DNA of 64,000 nucleotides from Bdellovibrionales bacterium (lineage in GTDB: Bacteria; Bdellovibrionota; Bdellovibrionia; Bdellovibrionales; JAGQZY01): NCBI GenBank assembly GCA_041736155.1, contig JBGSUL010000089.1:16090-80089 (forward strand). The letters are read 5' to 3'. Below are positions 49,219 to 59,663 of the stretch, in pieces. Both the position numbers and the translations under genes were made by a program. The notes below the pieces were generated by a model that saw only the letters and a program-made list of their open reading frames with translations, ran no database searches and was not told where the DNA came from. Numbering within the stretch: position 1 is the first letter of the stretch; every line of letters starts with the position of its first letter.

Positions 49219-51066
49219 TTATGATGACCGCACAAGTTTACGTGTCCATGAACTGATCGAGGATGTCTGCGTTTCGGCCATATCACAGAACTGCACTCCG
49301 TAAGACTTGCGTTCTTGGCTCCACACAACTTTCCCGAGGACTTGCACGCGCTCTTTGCCATCCGGACTCATAATATTCATCTCGACGATGCCGCCCTTTT
49401 CGAGAAGAGCTTCGGTATCAATTTTTACACCACCCAGAGAAATCGAGCTCACGGAACCGACCAGCTCTTTGTCACCCATACTAATACGAACTTCTGACTG
49501 TATGTTGTAACGATGGTGAGTTCGACGCTCATCTTCCTTCTTACGACGTCTCTTGAGAACAAACGCCACAGCAAAGGGACTGAGGACGATCATCATCAAA
49601 AGCATGCGACCGAGATTATCTGTACCACCTGCTGAACTGCTGCTCAGGCTTTTAACCAATCCACAACCACCGGCGGCACCACCGCTGTCCGAGGCCAGAC
49701 CACGCGTTGTATACGTGGCCTCATCCGGCTGTGTGGCACTGATGGTGTTGGTTTTTGCATAGTGCACTGATTTGTAAACATTCACGCGGGAATTGGTATT
49801 CACCTTGCCATTCACGTTGCCCACATTCGCATCCCCCTGACCGAAGAGAATTTGCGCCGCTTGATAACCATTGATTTGTGTTTGTGCTTCGCGCTCCATC
49901 AGAGCGACGATACCGGCCACCAAAGGGGCCGCCATACTTGTTCCTGAAGCGTAAGCATAAGAATCGTTGGGCAGAGTGCTTAATATGCTCACTCCTGGGC
50001 TGGCAATGTGCACCGTATTTTTACCGAAGTTTGAAAATCCCGCCACAGTGTCACTGTCGTTGGTCGCCGCAATGGAAATTAAATTTCCAATAGAATAGTT
50101 CGCCGGATAGGTCGGACTAGAGTCGTTATTGTTGCTGGCATTTCCAGCAGCCGCCACAAAGGTCACTCGATTGTTGTAAGCTTCGATGATGGCATCGCGA
50201 AGGGCTGCACTGTAGCTTCCGCCACCCCAAGATGCATTGATCACAGAAGCGCCATTTTCGATAGCATAATAGATCGCTTCCACGGCATCAGATGTAGCTC
50301 CACTGCCCGTGTTATCCAAAAATTTGAGCGGCATGATTTTCACTTTGGCCGGCGTGAGTGTACTGGCAAAAATATCTTGAGAAAGGCCAAAGATAATTCC
50401 CGAAACGTGCGTTCCATGGTCTTCATCGTCCATAGGATTATTATTGTTAGCCACAAAGTTCCAACCGCGCACATCATCTATATAGCCGTTATGATCGTCA
50501 TCGATACCATTGGAGGCGATTTCACCCGGATTACTCCACACCGCACCGGTAGAAGCAAAGACTTCGTGATTGTAATCTATACCGGTATCGATCACCGCCA
50601 CCACAGGCATCACCGAAGATGAGGCCGATAAATCCGCCCAGGCTTCTTCTGTCTGAATATCGGCATCCGATTGGTAATAGTTCGTAGTAAAACTGGTGTT
50701 GACTGGAGATGAAAATCCTTGCACAGCTTGGCTCTTATCAAACCGTGCGCTTTCGATGCCCACACTTTGTTTGTGGAAAATATAATTGGGCTCAGCGTAC
50801 TCTACATTGGGATCCGCTTGCAGCTGCTTTACCAACTGCTCAACATTTTCTTGGCCGACTTTGGCTTGCAGCTGATGCATATTGAGCACTGACCATGATT
50901 TTTTAACTTTCATGCTAAAATTGAGAGCTTTGCTACTGAAATTGGCTTTACCCTGTTGTTCTTTTTTAAACTTCACAATCACTTCGCCAGGAACATATTC
51001 CTGTGCCCACGCCGAATGAGTCACCAACGCGAGAAGTATGAATGGTAGCGATTTAGTAAAATACAC
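49219..51066 (-). CDS. S8 subtilase with propeptide, TM anchor and C-terminal PilZ domain
   Basis: VEYAEPN; triad VIDTG / HGTHVSG / GTSMAAP; GGCG, TM, RRRKK; ERRTHHR and SISLGG, GKVVW, YGVQF. Confidence 0.9.
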   Translation of the reverse strand: MYFTKSLPFILLALVTHSAWAQEYVPGEVIVKFKKEQQGKANFSSKALNFSMKVKKSWSVLNMHQLQAKVGQENVEQLVKQLQADPNVEYAEPNYIFHKQSVGIESARFDKSQAVQGFSSPVNTSFTTNYYQSDADIQTEEAWADLSASSSVMPVVAVIDTGIDYNHEVFASTGAVWSNPGEIASNGIDDDHNGYIDDVRGWNFVANNNNPMDDEDHGTHVSGIIFGLSQDIFASTLTPAKVKIMPLKFLDNTGSGATSDAVEAIYYAIENGASVINASWGGGSYSAALRDAIIEAYNNRVTFVAAAGNASNNNDSSPTYPANYSIGNLISIAATNDSDTVAGFSNFGKNTVHIASPGVSILSTLPNDSYAYASGTSMAAPLVAGIVALMEREAQTQINGYQAAQILFGQGDANVGNVNGKVNTNSRVNVYKSVHYAKTNTISATQPDEATYTTRGLASDSGGAAGGCGLVKSLSSSSAGGTDNLGRMLLMMIVLSPFAVAFVLKRRRKKEDERRTHHRYNIQSEVRISMGDKELVGSVSSISLGGVKIDTEALLEKGGIVEMNIMSPDGKERVQVLGKVVWSQERKSYGVQFCDMAETQTSSISSWTRKLVRSS

Positions 51067-51259
51067 GTGAGCTCCCCTTGTGTATGGCCTTTATCCCTAT
51101 CGGACAAAAGTATAAAAAAACGAGGGGTTACGTAAAATAAATGACAAGTTCTCCGAGTGAGATACCGAGTGTCTCAACTTGGCTCAACTATGAAAAAAGA
51201 CTTTGTCAAAAAACTCAAAAAAGTGTTCGATTTTGAGTCTGACAAAGCCCTATTTGTGA

Positions 51260-52741
51260 TTACTGATTGATCACTTTTTGGTTAATTTTAATGGAAGCTG
51301 TTTTGCGCAACTGCTCCATCCACCCTTGGAACATTTCAAAGGATTTTTGGCGAGCAAAAATCTGTTTGAAAAAGTCCATATTGGTCTCTTTCTTCTGCGC
51401 AACAGTTTGTTTCGCAGACATGTCTTTGCGTTTGATGATGTAATAGGAACCATCTTTTTCGATGACTTGTCCATACACAGGGTTCGCAGCAGTGAGTGTC
51501 AGCGCGGCTGACAACACTTCATTATTGTCGCCCAGTTTAGGAATCATCATATCTCCTAAACCAAAAACGCCTGTCTCTTCCCACTTCCAACCTTTTTGCG
51601 CCACCAAGGCATCCGCTTGACCAGCTTTTAACTTTTCATTGATCGACTTCACCACGTCCGTCTTTTTCTCTTGTTTCACGAGATCCGTAGCGATTTGCTT
51701 TTTCACATCATCAAAGGAGGGTGTAGACGCTGGTTTCTTATCGTTGACGAGAATGATGTGATAACCAAACGAGGTTTTCACTGGCTTAGAAATCTGACCA
51801 GGGGGCAAAGAAAAGGCCATCTCATCAAACTCTTTCACCATACGACCTTTTTCAAAAAAGCCGAGATCACCACCGCGATCTTTTGAACCTGGATCTTGAC
51901 TCCATTTTTTTGCCAATTCGGCAAAATTTTGTGGAGTGGCCTGCCCTGCAATCTCAGTAATGGTGGCGAGCGCTTTGTTGTCATCGATCTTTTCATCAAC
52001 CTTGATCAAAATATGCTGCGCTTTGACCGAGTCTTTTTGCATAAAAGAGCCTTTATTTTGATCATAAAACTGCTGCACTTTTTTGCCGTTCGCGCTGAGA
52101 TACGCATCCACATCCTGCGGGGTGATGGTCATATCTACCACCAGCTCGGGTTGTGATTTTTTGATAAAGTCGATGTTCAATTTCACTTCGTTAATGGCCT
52201 TTTCTTGGTCATCAATCAGCGAACTATCTTCTGTGCTGATTTGGTAAAATTGATTCATCTTTTGCACAATTAGATCTTCGATGATTTGCTCTTCAAAACG
52301 CGCTTCTGTGAGACGTTGCATGCGCAGGATTTCTTTATAGCGCAAGAGTGAAAAGACGCCATTTTCTTGGAATTGGGGAATCTGTTTTAGAAAATCGCGA
52401 ACTTCTTCTTGGCCTACCACAACACCTTGTTCTTTGGCCGCTTGTAAAATCAAAGTGCGGTTCACCAGGCTGTCCACCACTTCTTGATTGAGACGATTGC
52501 GCTCTTCGTTGGACATTTTTGCAGCACCACGATTTTCTTGCACACGATCGAGATAGCGCGAAAACTCGCTAAAACTGATCACTTTGCCGTTCACTTGTGC
52601 AACCGAGGATGCTGAGCCCAACATATCTACATCTGGAGAATAACCAACAAACATAAAAATAACGACCACAAGAATCAAAAGTCCCCATCCTGCAATATTG
52701 AAGAGAGGATTTTTTCTTTTTTTATAAATGGCCTCAAACAT
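51260..52741 (-). CDS. PpiD-like periplasmic chaperone / parvulin PPIase
   Basis: N-terminal TM, SurA-N-like domain, HILIK, SQDPGSK.RGGDLG, FGYHII. Confidence 0.9.
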   Translation of the reverse strand: MFEAIYKKRKNPLFNIAGWGLLILVVVIFMFVGYSPDVDMLGSASSVAQVNGKVISFSEFSRYLDRVQENRGAAKMSNEERNRLNQEVVDSLVNRTLILQAAKEQGVVVGQEEVRDFLKQIPQFQENGVFSLLRYKEILRMQRLTEARFEEQIIEDLIVQKMNQFYQISTEDSSLIDDQEKAINEVKLNIDFIKKSQPELVVDMTITPQDVDAYLSANGKKVQQFYDQNKGSFMQKDSVKAQHILIKVDEKIDDNKALATITEIAGQATPQNFAELAKKWSQDPGSKDRGGDLGFFEKGRMVKEFDEMAFSLPPGQISKPVKTSFGYHIILVNDKKPASTPSFDDVKKQIATDLVKQEKKTDVVKSINEKLKAGQADALVAQKGWKWEETGVFGLGDMMIPKLGDNNEVLSAALTLTAANPVYGQVIEKDGSYYIIKRKDMSAKQTVAQKKETNMDFFKQIFARQKSFEMFQGWMEQLRKTASIKINQKVINQ

Positions 52742-52843
52742 GACATCTCCTTAGTTACTGAGGGTGCATTACAAAATTTTTCCCTCTTTTTTTCAAGGAG
52801 AATTCTTGATCTACAGCGACTTTTTGTTATCCTCTTTGTTGAT

Positions 52844-53659
52844 ATGCAGTTTTTTCGACTCGATTTTCAGAAAGTTTTTTCAATTGCGGCCTTTTTTGCT
52901 GTGTGTGGAGTGATTTATACACTGCAACAGGCAGCGGAACCCTCCGCTTTGCCTATTGCCCCCACTTTTCTCACTGCTGCTTTGCAACCGAGCTATAACA
53001 AAGCTGCTGATATGATAGGCACAACCACCCGTCAGTATCTTGATCTGCTCTCCCTCAAAGAGAAGATGCTGCAAACGCAAATTGAAAATCAGACCCTCAA
53101 GGCGCAACTTTTAGTCATGGAAGAAGTTCGCTCGGAAAATACGCGACTCAAAGAAATTTTCAAACTGCACGAAGCCCACCCCCAATTTGAATTTGTCGTA
53201 GCCAAAGTGACCGCCAAAGATCTGTTTACCGATCATTATTCGCTGACCATCTCCAAGGGCTCCGAAGACGGCATCGAAAAACTGAGTGGTGTTATTACCG
53301 GCGATGGCGTGGTGGGTTATGTGGTGGACGTGCAAGATCATAGTGCCCGCTTGCTTCTTGTCACCGATCGTTTAATCAGTATTGATTCCACCATTCAGCG
53401 CACACGCGGTCGCGGAATTATCTCTGGCCAATCCAAAAGCGAGTCGCTCTTAAAATTTATCGACCGTCCGCAAGATATGGCCGCGGGCGATGTGGTCGTC
53501 ACCAGCGACGATCAGCGTATGTTTCCTATTGGTTATCCCGTGGGTAATATCGTGCGTGTCCAGGTCAGTCCCTTTGGTGTAGGTCACACCGCCATCGTCA
53601 AACCGTCGGTAGATCCTAAAAAACTGGATGAAGTGATTGTCCTAAAGGCGAAAAAATGA
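52844..53659 (+). CDS. mreC: Rod shape-determining protein MreC
   Basis: ENTRLK coiled coil, SKGSEDGI, GVVG, GDVVVTS, FPIGYPVG. Confidence 0.93.
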   Translation: MQFFRLDFQKVFSIAAFFAVCGVIYTLQQAAEPSALPIAPTFLTAALQPSYNKAADMIGTTTRQYLDLLSLKEKMLQTQIENQTLKAQLLVMEEVRSENTRLKEIFKLHEAHPQFEFVVAKVTAKDLFTDHYSLTISKGSEDGIEKLSGVITGDGVVGYVVDVQDHSARLLLVTDRLISIDSTIQRTRGRGIISGQSKSESLLKFIDRPQDMAAGDVVVTSDDQRMFPIGYPVGNIVRVQVSPFGVGHTAIVKPSVDPKKLDEVIVLKAKK

Positions 53660-54201
53660 GGATTCTTTCGCTCCTCATGCCCAGCCAACTCCTCATGTTT
53701 TTAAGTTTTTTGTTTTTAATTATCTCGGCACTGCTCGCGCAAACGACGGTGTGGTTTGGGCTTTTGGGTTGGCTTCCCTGCCCCAATTTGTGGATTCCTC
53801 TTTTTGTCTACTTAATGCTCAATCGTGAAAAAAAACCGCGCATCTTATGGTTTATGGGGATCTATCTCCTTCTTCTCACTTGTACCGTCGCTTCGGCGAT
53901 GTCCACATTTCTCTCGCTAGTGCTGACCTATTATATTATTCATTTTTTACAAAGCCGTTTTTCGACTTTGAGCATTTTCGATCTGGTGCTGCTAAGCTCT
54001 GTGGCGAATGTCACGTTTCCGCTCACCTATGCTCTCATGTTGTGGATGACTTCATTGCCTTTTTCTTTCGACTGGTTAGGCCACTTCCTCTCACTGCTTC
54101 TTTCGCTTACGATTATTCCAGCACTGCTCATGCTCTGTCGTCGTATTGATCGCACCTTTAATCCCAACAACTCCTTTGATGATTTGGTCCTTGAATTATG
54201 A
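53656..54201 (+). CDS. mreD: Rod shape-determining protein MreD (by synteny)
   Basis: Polytopic membrane protein coupled between mreC and mrdA. Confidence 0.7.
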   Translation: MRILSLLMPSQLLMFLSFLFLIISALLAQTTVWFGLLGWLPCPNLWIPLFVYLMLNREKKPRILWFMGIYLLLLTCTVASAMSTFLSLVLTYYIIHFLQSRFSTLSIFDLVLLSSVANVTFPLTYALMLWMTSLPFSFDWLGHFLSLLLSLTIIPALLMLCRRIDRTFNPNNSFDDLVLEL

Positions 54202-56138
54202 AGATCCATATCTCCTATGAAGAACCCGCGTTAAGAGAGCTGCAAAGTCGTGCCACGATCCTCTACGGCGGTTTGGGATTTCTGTTTTTTCTTTTATTAG
54301 TTCGCCTTATCGTCCTCCAAGTCATCCAAGGAAGCGCACTCTATGCCTTCTCGGAAAAAAACCTTTTAAAAGAAATTCGTGTGCAGCCGCCACGGGGAAT
54401 AATTTACGACCGCGATCATCGCATCCTCGCTGAAAATCTTCCCAACTTTGCTCTCACTCTGTCACCCCAGTTTATCAAAGACTTGGAGCCCCTCGCTCGA
54501 GAGATTGGCAAAATCATCAAAGTCCCACCCGAAGATCTGATGGCTCGATTTAAAAAAGAATCCCGCATCAATGGCGCCTTCCGCCCCGTCACTATTAAAA
54601 ACTTCCTCTCGCGCACTGAGATCAATCAGCTCGAGCTTCTTAAAATTGAGTTCCCAGGTGTTGATATCGAAGAACTGATTTTTCGCGAGTACCCACATCA
54701 CGATGCGTTTGCCCATGTGATCGGCTATATCAGTGAAATCTCCGATACTGAACTCCCGCGTCTGCGCGAAAGAGGAAATCGTATTGTTCAGCAAGGCGAT
54801 GTGATTGGAAAAAGTGGGCTTGAAGATCGTTTTGATGATTCTGTTCGCGGCGTCACAGGGATCTCCTACGTGAAAGTGGATGCCAAAGGACGCGAAGCCT
54901 TAGGAGAATCTCTTAAATTTTTAGGTCACATTGAAGATTTACCTCCCAAAGCAGGACAAAGCATCGAAACCACGCTGGATCTCGATCTCCAGCTCGCAGC
55001 ACAAGCCACTTTTCTTAAACACAATCAAACCGGCGCATTGATTGCCATCAATAAGCAAGGCGAAATCCTCGCTCTCTATAACAATCCGTCGTTTGACCCA
55101 GGGCTGTTCTCTCGCGGAATCACCAGTGATGTATGGTCTAAGCTCATTAACAATCCCGATAAGCCTCTGCGCAATAAAGCCATTCAAGATCATCACTCTC
55201 CCGGTTCGACATTTAAGCCTTTTGTCGCTCTCTCCAGTTTACAAGATGGAAACATCAAGGAGAACACGCTGGTGCATGCGCCGCCGGTTTTTATGTTCGG
55301 CAATCGCCCTTATCACGATCACACCAAAACCGGCCAAGGTTATGTCACCGTCACACAAGCCATTGAATTGTCGAGCAATGTGTTTTTTTACAAACAAGGC
55401 TTGGCAACAGGTGTAGATAAGATCGCTCTTTATACCAAAGCTCTGGGATTAGGCAGTCGTACGGATATTGATCTAAAGAATGAAATTCCTGGTTTAATTC
55501 CTACCTCCGAATGGAAACAAAAAAATCGCGGTGAACCATGGCAAGAGGGTGAAAACCTGAGCATTGCCATTGGCCAAGGTTTTGTGTCGGTCACCACACT
55601 GCAATTAGCAGTCGCCTACATGGCCATCGCCAACGGTGGATTGGTTTACAAACCCATGATTGTTAAAAAAATTACGGACACCGACAATCAGACACTGCAA
55701 GAATTTTCACCCACATTGGTGCGCGACCTGACCGATGCCACTCAGCCTTATTATATTTCTCCAGAAAATTTTAAAATTGTGCAAAAAGGACTTTATCTGG
55801 TCGCCAACGGACCGCACGGAACCGCTCGTGGCGCAAAAATTCCGGGTTTTATCATCGCCGGAAAAACCGGAACCGCGCAGGTTCGTGGCTTCTCCGCCGA
55901 TCAAGTTTATTCCAACTGTTACACGCGCCCTAAAAAGCAACGTCACAATGGTTTATATGTCGCTTACGGTCCTTTTGAGTCACCCGAAATCACGGTGGCC
56001 GTCCTCACCGAAGGCTCCTGCGCGTCCAAAGAAGCGGTGCCTTTAGTGCGCGACTTCTACGAAGCTTATGCTCGCAAATATCATCCGCAAGCCGTGGCCC
56101 AAGCTGAGGAACAAAGTAAAAAGAAGGGAGCTCACTGA
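54198..56138 (+). CDS. mrdA: Penicillin-binding protein 2
   Basis: PRGIIYDR, GKSGLE, PGSTFK, SSN, KTGTAQ. Confidence 0.96.
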   Translation: MKIHISYEEPALRELQSRATILYGGLGFLFFLLLVRLIVLQVIQGSALYAFSEKNLLKEIRVQPPRGIIYDRDHRILAENLPNFALTLSPQFIKDLEPLAREIGKIIKVPPEDLMARFKKESRINGAFRPVTIKNFLSRTEINQLELLKIEFPGVDIEELIFREYPHHDAFAHVIGYISEISDTELPRLRERGNRIVQQGDVIGKSGLEDRFDDSVRGVTGISYVKVDAKGREALGESLKFLGHIEDLPPKAGQSIETTLDLDLQLAAQATFLKHNQTGALIAINKQGEILALYNNPSFDPGLFSRGITSDVWSKLINNPDKPLRNKAIQDHHSPGSTFKPFVALSSLQDGNIKENTLVHAPPVFMFGNRPYHDHTKTGQGYVTVTQAIELSSNVFFYKQGLATGVDKIALYTKALGLGSRTDIDLKNEIPGLIPTSEWKQKNRGEPWQEGENLSIAIGQGFVSVTTLQLAVAYMAIANGGLVYKPMIVKKITDTDNQTLQEFSPTLVRDLTDATQPYYISPENFKIVQKGLYLVANGPHGTARGAKIPGFIIAGKTGTAQVRGFSADQVYSNCYTRPKKQRHNGLYVAYGPFESPEITVAVLTEGSCASKEAVPLVRDFYEAYARKYHPQAVAQAEEQSKKKGAH

Positions 56139-57265
56139 TGCTTCATCGCAGTATTGCCATGCCTCTCGGCCAGAGCTCCGCCTTTAAACGTTTTAACATC
56201 TATATGGTATTTTGCATTCTCTCGCTCAATGCCATTTCGTTACTTAATTTGTTAAGTGCCACCACCAACATTGCTAAACATCTCAAGGGTATTTTTTATT
56301 CCCAACTGATGTGGATTGCCGTGGGTTGGGGAATTTACTGGCTGCTGACCTTTGTGAACTATCGTATTTTTGTGCGCCTCGCTTATGCCTTTTACTTTCT
56401 CAATATTATTGCGCTCATTGCGGTGATGTATGTGGGAAAAACCTCCTATGGGGCCCAACGCTGGATCAATCTTGGATTTTTTAGTTACCAACCGTCGGAG
56501 ACTATGAAACTAGCGATGATTTTGGTTTTGACCAAACATCTTTCCAAGTTTAATCCCAGCGATGGCATTGGCTTTCGCGATTTGTTAGTGCCAATGATTC
56601 TGGTCGGGCTTCCTTTTGCTTTGACAGCTAAGCAGCCAGATTTGGGAACAGCCCTCCTCATTTTAACAATTTCTGGCTCACTCCTTCTCACCATGCGTGT
56701 GAAGTGGCATGTTTTGATCACCGCCATGTGCGTGGCTCTGGTGGCGGGCCCCTTGGCCTGGCAGTATGCTCTCAAGCCTTATCAAAAAAACCGGGTGATG
56801 ACTTTTTTATATCCCAACAAAGATCCACGCGGCGCTGGCTACAACAGCATCCAGGCCAAGATTGCTGTGGGCAGTGGACAGATTTTTGGCAAAGGCTTTC
56901 GTAACGGATCGCAAAGTCAGCTTGAGTTTCTTCCCGAAAAACAGACAGATTTTATTTTTTGTGTTCTCAGTGAAGAGCACGGATTTTTAGGCTGCCTTCT
57001 CACGCTGGGAATTTACACCATTCTGTTGCTGTCTATTCTACAATCGGCATTTAGCGCCAAAGATCTGTACGGCGCCCTCTTATCCATAGGAATCTTTTCA
57101 CTCATTCTCTGGCATGTGTTCGTCAATGTCGGCATGGTGACGGGGCTCCTCCCTATTGTCGGAGTGCCGTTGCCCCTGATCTCTTATGGCGGAACCAGCA
57201 GTCTCACCATGATGGTGGGACTGGGCTGGGTTTCCAGTGTGTATTATCGCAAAGACATGTTTTAA
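56138..57265 (+). CDS. rodA: SEDS peptidoglycan glycosyltransferase RodA
   Basis: GAQRW, QPSE, QPDLGTA, PEKQTDFIF, PLISYGG. Confidence 0.96.
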   Translation: MLHRSIAMPLGQSSAFKRFNIYMVFCILSLNAISLLNLLSATTNIAKHLKGIFYSQLMWIAVGWGIYWLLTFVNYRIFVRLAYAFYFLNIIALIAVMYVGKTSYGAQRWINLGFFSYQPSETMKLAMILVLTKHLSKFNPSDGIGFRDLLVPMILVGLPFALTAKQPDLGTALLILTISGSLLLTMRVKWHVLITAMCVALVAGPLAWQYALKPYQKNRVMTFLYPNKDPRGAGYNSIQAKIAVGSGQIFGKGFRNGSQSQLEFLPEKQTDFIFCVLSEEHGFLGCLLTLGIYTILLLSILQSAFSAKDLYGALLSIGIFSLILWHVFVNVGMVTGLLPIVGVPLPLISYGGTSSLTMMVGLGWVSSVYYRKDMF

Positions 57266-57588
57266 ACGTGCTTCGCAAGCATTGCTTTGATGCTGTCTTT
57301 GGGGTGGTTGCCAACCAGTTGGTCAACTAATTTGCCATCTTTAAAAAGCATCAAAGTAGGAACACCACGCACACTGTACTGGACCGGCGTCTGTTGATTG
57401 CTGTCGATGTCTACTTTGCAAACTTTCATCTTGGCATCGAACTCAAGGGCGAGTTCTTCAAGTTTTGGAGCTAATGCGCGACAGGGGCCACACCACTCTG
57501 CCCAAAAATCCACAAGGACAGGAACACTGGACTTCAGTACATCTGTATCAAACGTCGCATCACTCGAATTCATAATATTTTGTGCCAC
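57262..57588 (-). CDS. trxA: Thioredoxin
   Basis: DFWAEWCGPC; GGAGG before GTG 57588. Confidence 0.97.
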   Translation of the reverse strand: MAQNIMNSSDATFDTDVLKSSVPVLVDFWAEWCGPCRALAPKLEELALEFDAKMKVCKVDIDSNQQTPVQYSVRGVPTLMLFKDGKLVDQLVGNHPKDSIKAMLAKHV

Positions 57589-57754
57589 ACGCACCTCCTT
57601 TGGGGAATATGAGTACCTATTAAATAAGATCAAGTTCGAGTACCCAATCTAGCCAATGGACCAAAGTCTGTCATGTGTTTCGCCTTGCGTCTGAAAGCTT
57701 CGAAATTGACCCTTAAGACTAAACAAAAACACCATTGTTTCCGATACCTTGCTT

Positions 57755-59656
57755 ATGGATAAAAAGATCAAAGTTCTCCTCGTAGAGGATGATAAAAAAT
57801 TCGCTGAATCGCTGCAAAGAATCCTCACAGAAGAAGGCTTTGAGTGCGTCACTGCTGAAAAACCGCAAACCGCCCTTTCTTTAATCAAAACCCATAATTT
57901 TGATGTCGCTCTTGTTGATTGCATGCTCCCTCAGATGAATGGAATTGATCTCGCTCTCAAAATCAAAGAGGCGGCCGGCGATTCTATCGTTTTGTATCTC
58001 ATGAGTGGTATTTACAAAGATAAAAATTTTTCGGTCAATGCGCTTAAAAAAACGGGCGCCCAATCTTTCCTTATCAAACCTTTTAATGCCGACGATTTGA
58101 TTCAAATGATTAAAGACTCTTTTAAAGATGTCACCAGCGAGATCAGTCTCAAAACAAAATCCATCAAAGGGCTCTTTTCTCAGGAACATTTGAGTCAAGG
58201 CCTGATCCTCAACATTCTCAGCAGCAATCCCATCATTAATGGCAACGAGCTGCCTTTTGTTTTTAACGCACTGATGGCCTATAAATGCCTGGGCCACATG
58301 CGTTTATCGTATGGCCAAGAAAACTTGGAACTCTATTTTCATGATCTGCAAATTTCTGCAGACCCAACAAATACCACACCACAAAAACTCAAGACATCCC
58401 TTATCGGCGGTGGCTGGATGCTTCCCGAAGATTTAGATTCTATCACCCCTTCCGAGGTCAGCCCTTTGCGACTTTTAGAACTCAACTTGGTCAGCCCGCA
58501 TGCCTGTGTGCAAGTTGAAAAAGATTTCTTCTTTCAACAATTGTCGCGATTTTTTGTCAATGACTCTGTCCATGTAAAGTTTTCTCTCAATCGCAGCGAA
58601 CAGAAAAAATTGCGCTTTGAATATTCTGAGATAGAGAATCAAATTTACAACTATACCATCAATACGGATGTCAATTGGCTCAAAGCCTTTTATCTCAGCC
58701 AAATGGGAACACAGATTCGTAAAATGAGCATGAGTCACAATAAAACACAGTTTTTACCTATCGTCGCCGCCAATAAAAATGCCGTCTCCATTATGATGAA
58801 AAATCAATCTGCGACAGATTTCTTAGCTGAAAATAAATTGACTGATGATGAAAATTATCGACTGTTACATGTTATGCTCGTATTCCGCGAATTTTACCTT
58901 GGCGATGAGCAAGCGGAAATCAACTACGATTCACAAAAAGAGCGTCTACGTAAACTGCAAACAAGCCTTGAGCAACAAAATGCTTTTGAACGTTTAGGAC
59001 TTACCGATAAGTCCAGTGAACAAGACATGAAGCGTTCCTACCAAGAGATGTCGCAAAACCTCCACCCTGATCGTCTGATCAATGCGCCTCAGGAAGTACG
59101 CACACTGTCACTTTTGGTCTATGAAAAAATTCAAGAAGCTTATAATCAGATTAAAACCCCTGAAAAGCGTGAGCTCTACTTAAAAAAACTAGAAAGCCAA
59201 AGAAAAGAGAATCTACAAAAAGCAGATCTTTTTTTCGATCGTGCCATCACCACCCTCTCGCGCGGCGATTTTACAGAAGCGGAACGCATTCTTTCCGATG
59301 CAAACACGCTAGCTCCCTACTCGCCCCGCCTTAAGCTTTTGCAAGGTTGGTTGCATGTAAAGACAAAACAAACCCCTGTCGCTCAAATTACCAGAACCTT
59401 ACAAAGTCTTCCTCAAGATGAAAAAGAAACCACTATTTATTTGTATGTACGTGGTCTCCTCCATTTAAATGCGAATGAAAATGACAAAGCCGGTACTTTT
59501 TTTAAGAATGCTCTCAGTAAAGATCCCAATTTTATGCCGGCTCGCCGAGAGCTCACGGCTTTAACAAAAGATGAGAAAAAAGGGGCTAATCCCAACATCC
59601 TGAATGCCGATCTCAAAGACGTCGTCGGTCTCTTTTTTAATCGTAAAAAGAAGTAA
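57755..59656 (+). CDS. Receiver domain - DnaJ domain - TPR protein
   Basis: LLVEDD, VDCMLP.MNG, KPF; RLGL...YQEMSQNLHPD..IQEAY; TPR-like tail. Confidence 0.85.
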   Translation: MDKKIKVLLVEDDKKFAESLQRILTEEGFECVTAEKPQTALSLIKTHNFDVALVDCMLPQMNGIDLALKIKEAAGDSIVLYLMSGIYKDKNFSVNALKKTGAQSFLIKPFNADDLIQMIKDSFKDVTSEISLKTKSIKGLFSQEHLSQGLILNILSSNPIINGNELPFVFNALMAYKCLGHMRLSYGQENLELYFHDLQISADPTNTTPQKLKTSLIGGGWMLPEDLDSITPSEVSPLRLLELNLVSPHACVQVEKDFFFQQLSRFFVNDSVHVKFSLNRSEQKKLRFEYSEIENQIYNYTINTDVNWLKAFYLSQMGTQIRKMSMSHNKTQFLPIVAANKNAVSIMMKNQSATDFLAENKLTDDENYRLLHVMLVFREFYLGDEQAEINYDSQKERLRKLQTSLEQQNAFERLGLTDKSSEQDMKRSYQEMSQNLHPDRLINAPQEVRTLSLLVYEKIQEAYNQIKTPEKRELYLKKLESQRKENLQKADLFFDRAITTLSRGDFTEAERILSDANTLAPYSPRLKLLQGWLHVKTKQTPVAQITRTLQSLPQDEKETTIYLYVRGLLHLNANENDKAGTFFKNALSKDPNFMPARRELTALTKDEKKGANPNILNADLKDVVGLFFNRKKK

Positions 59657-59663
59657 TCAGAAT

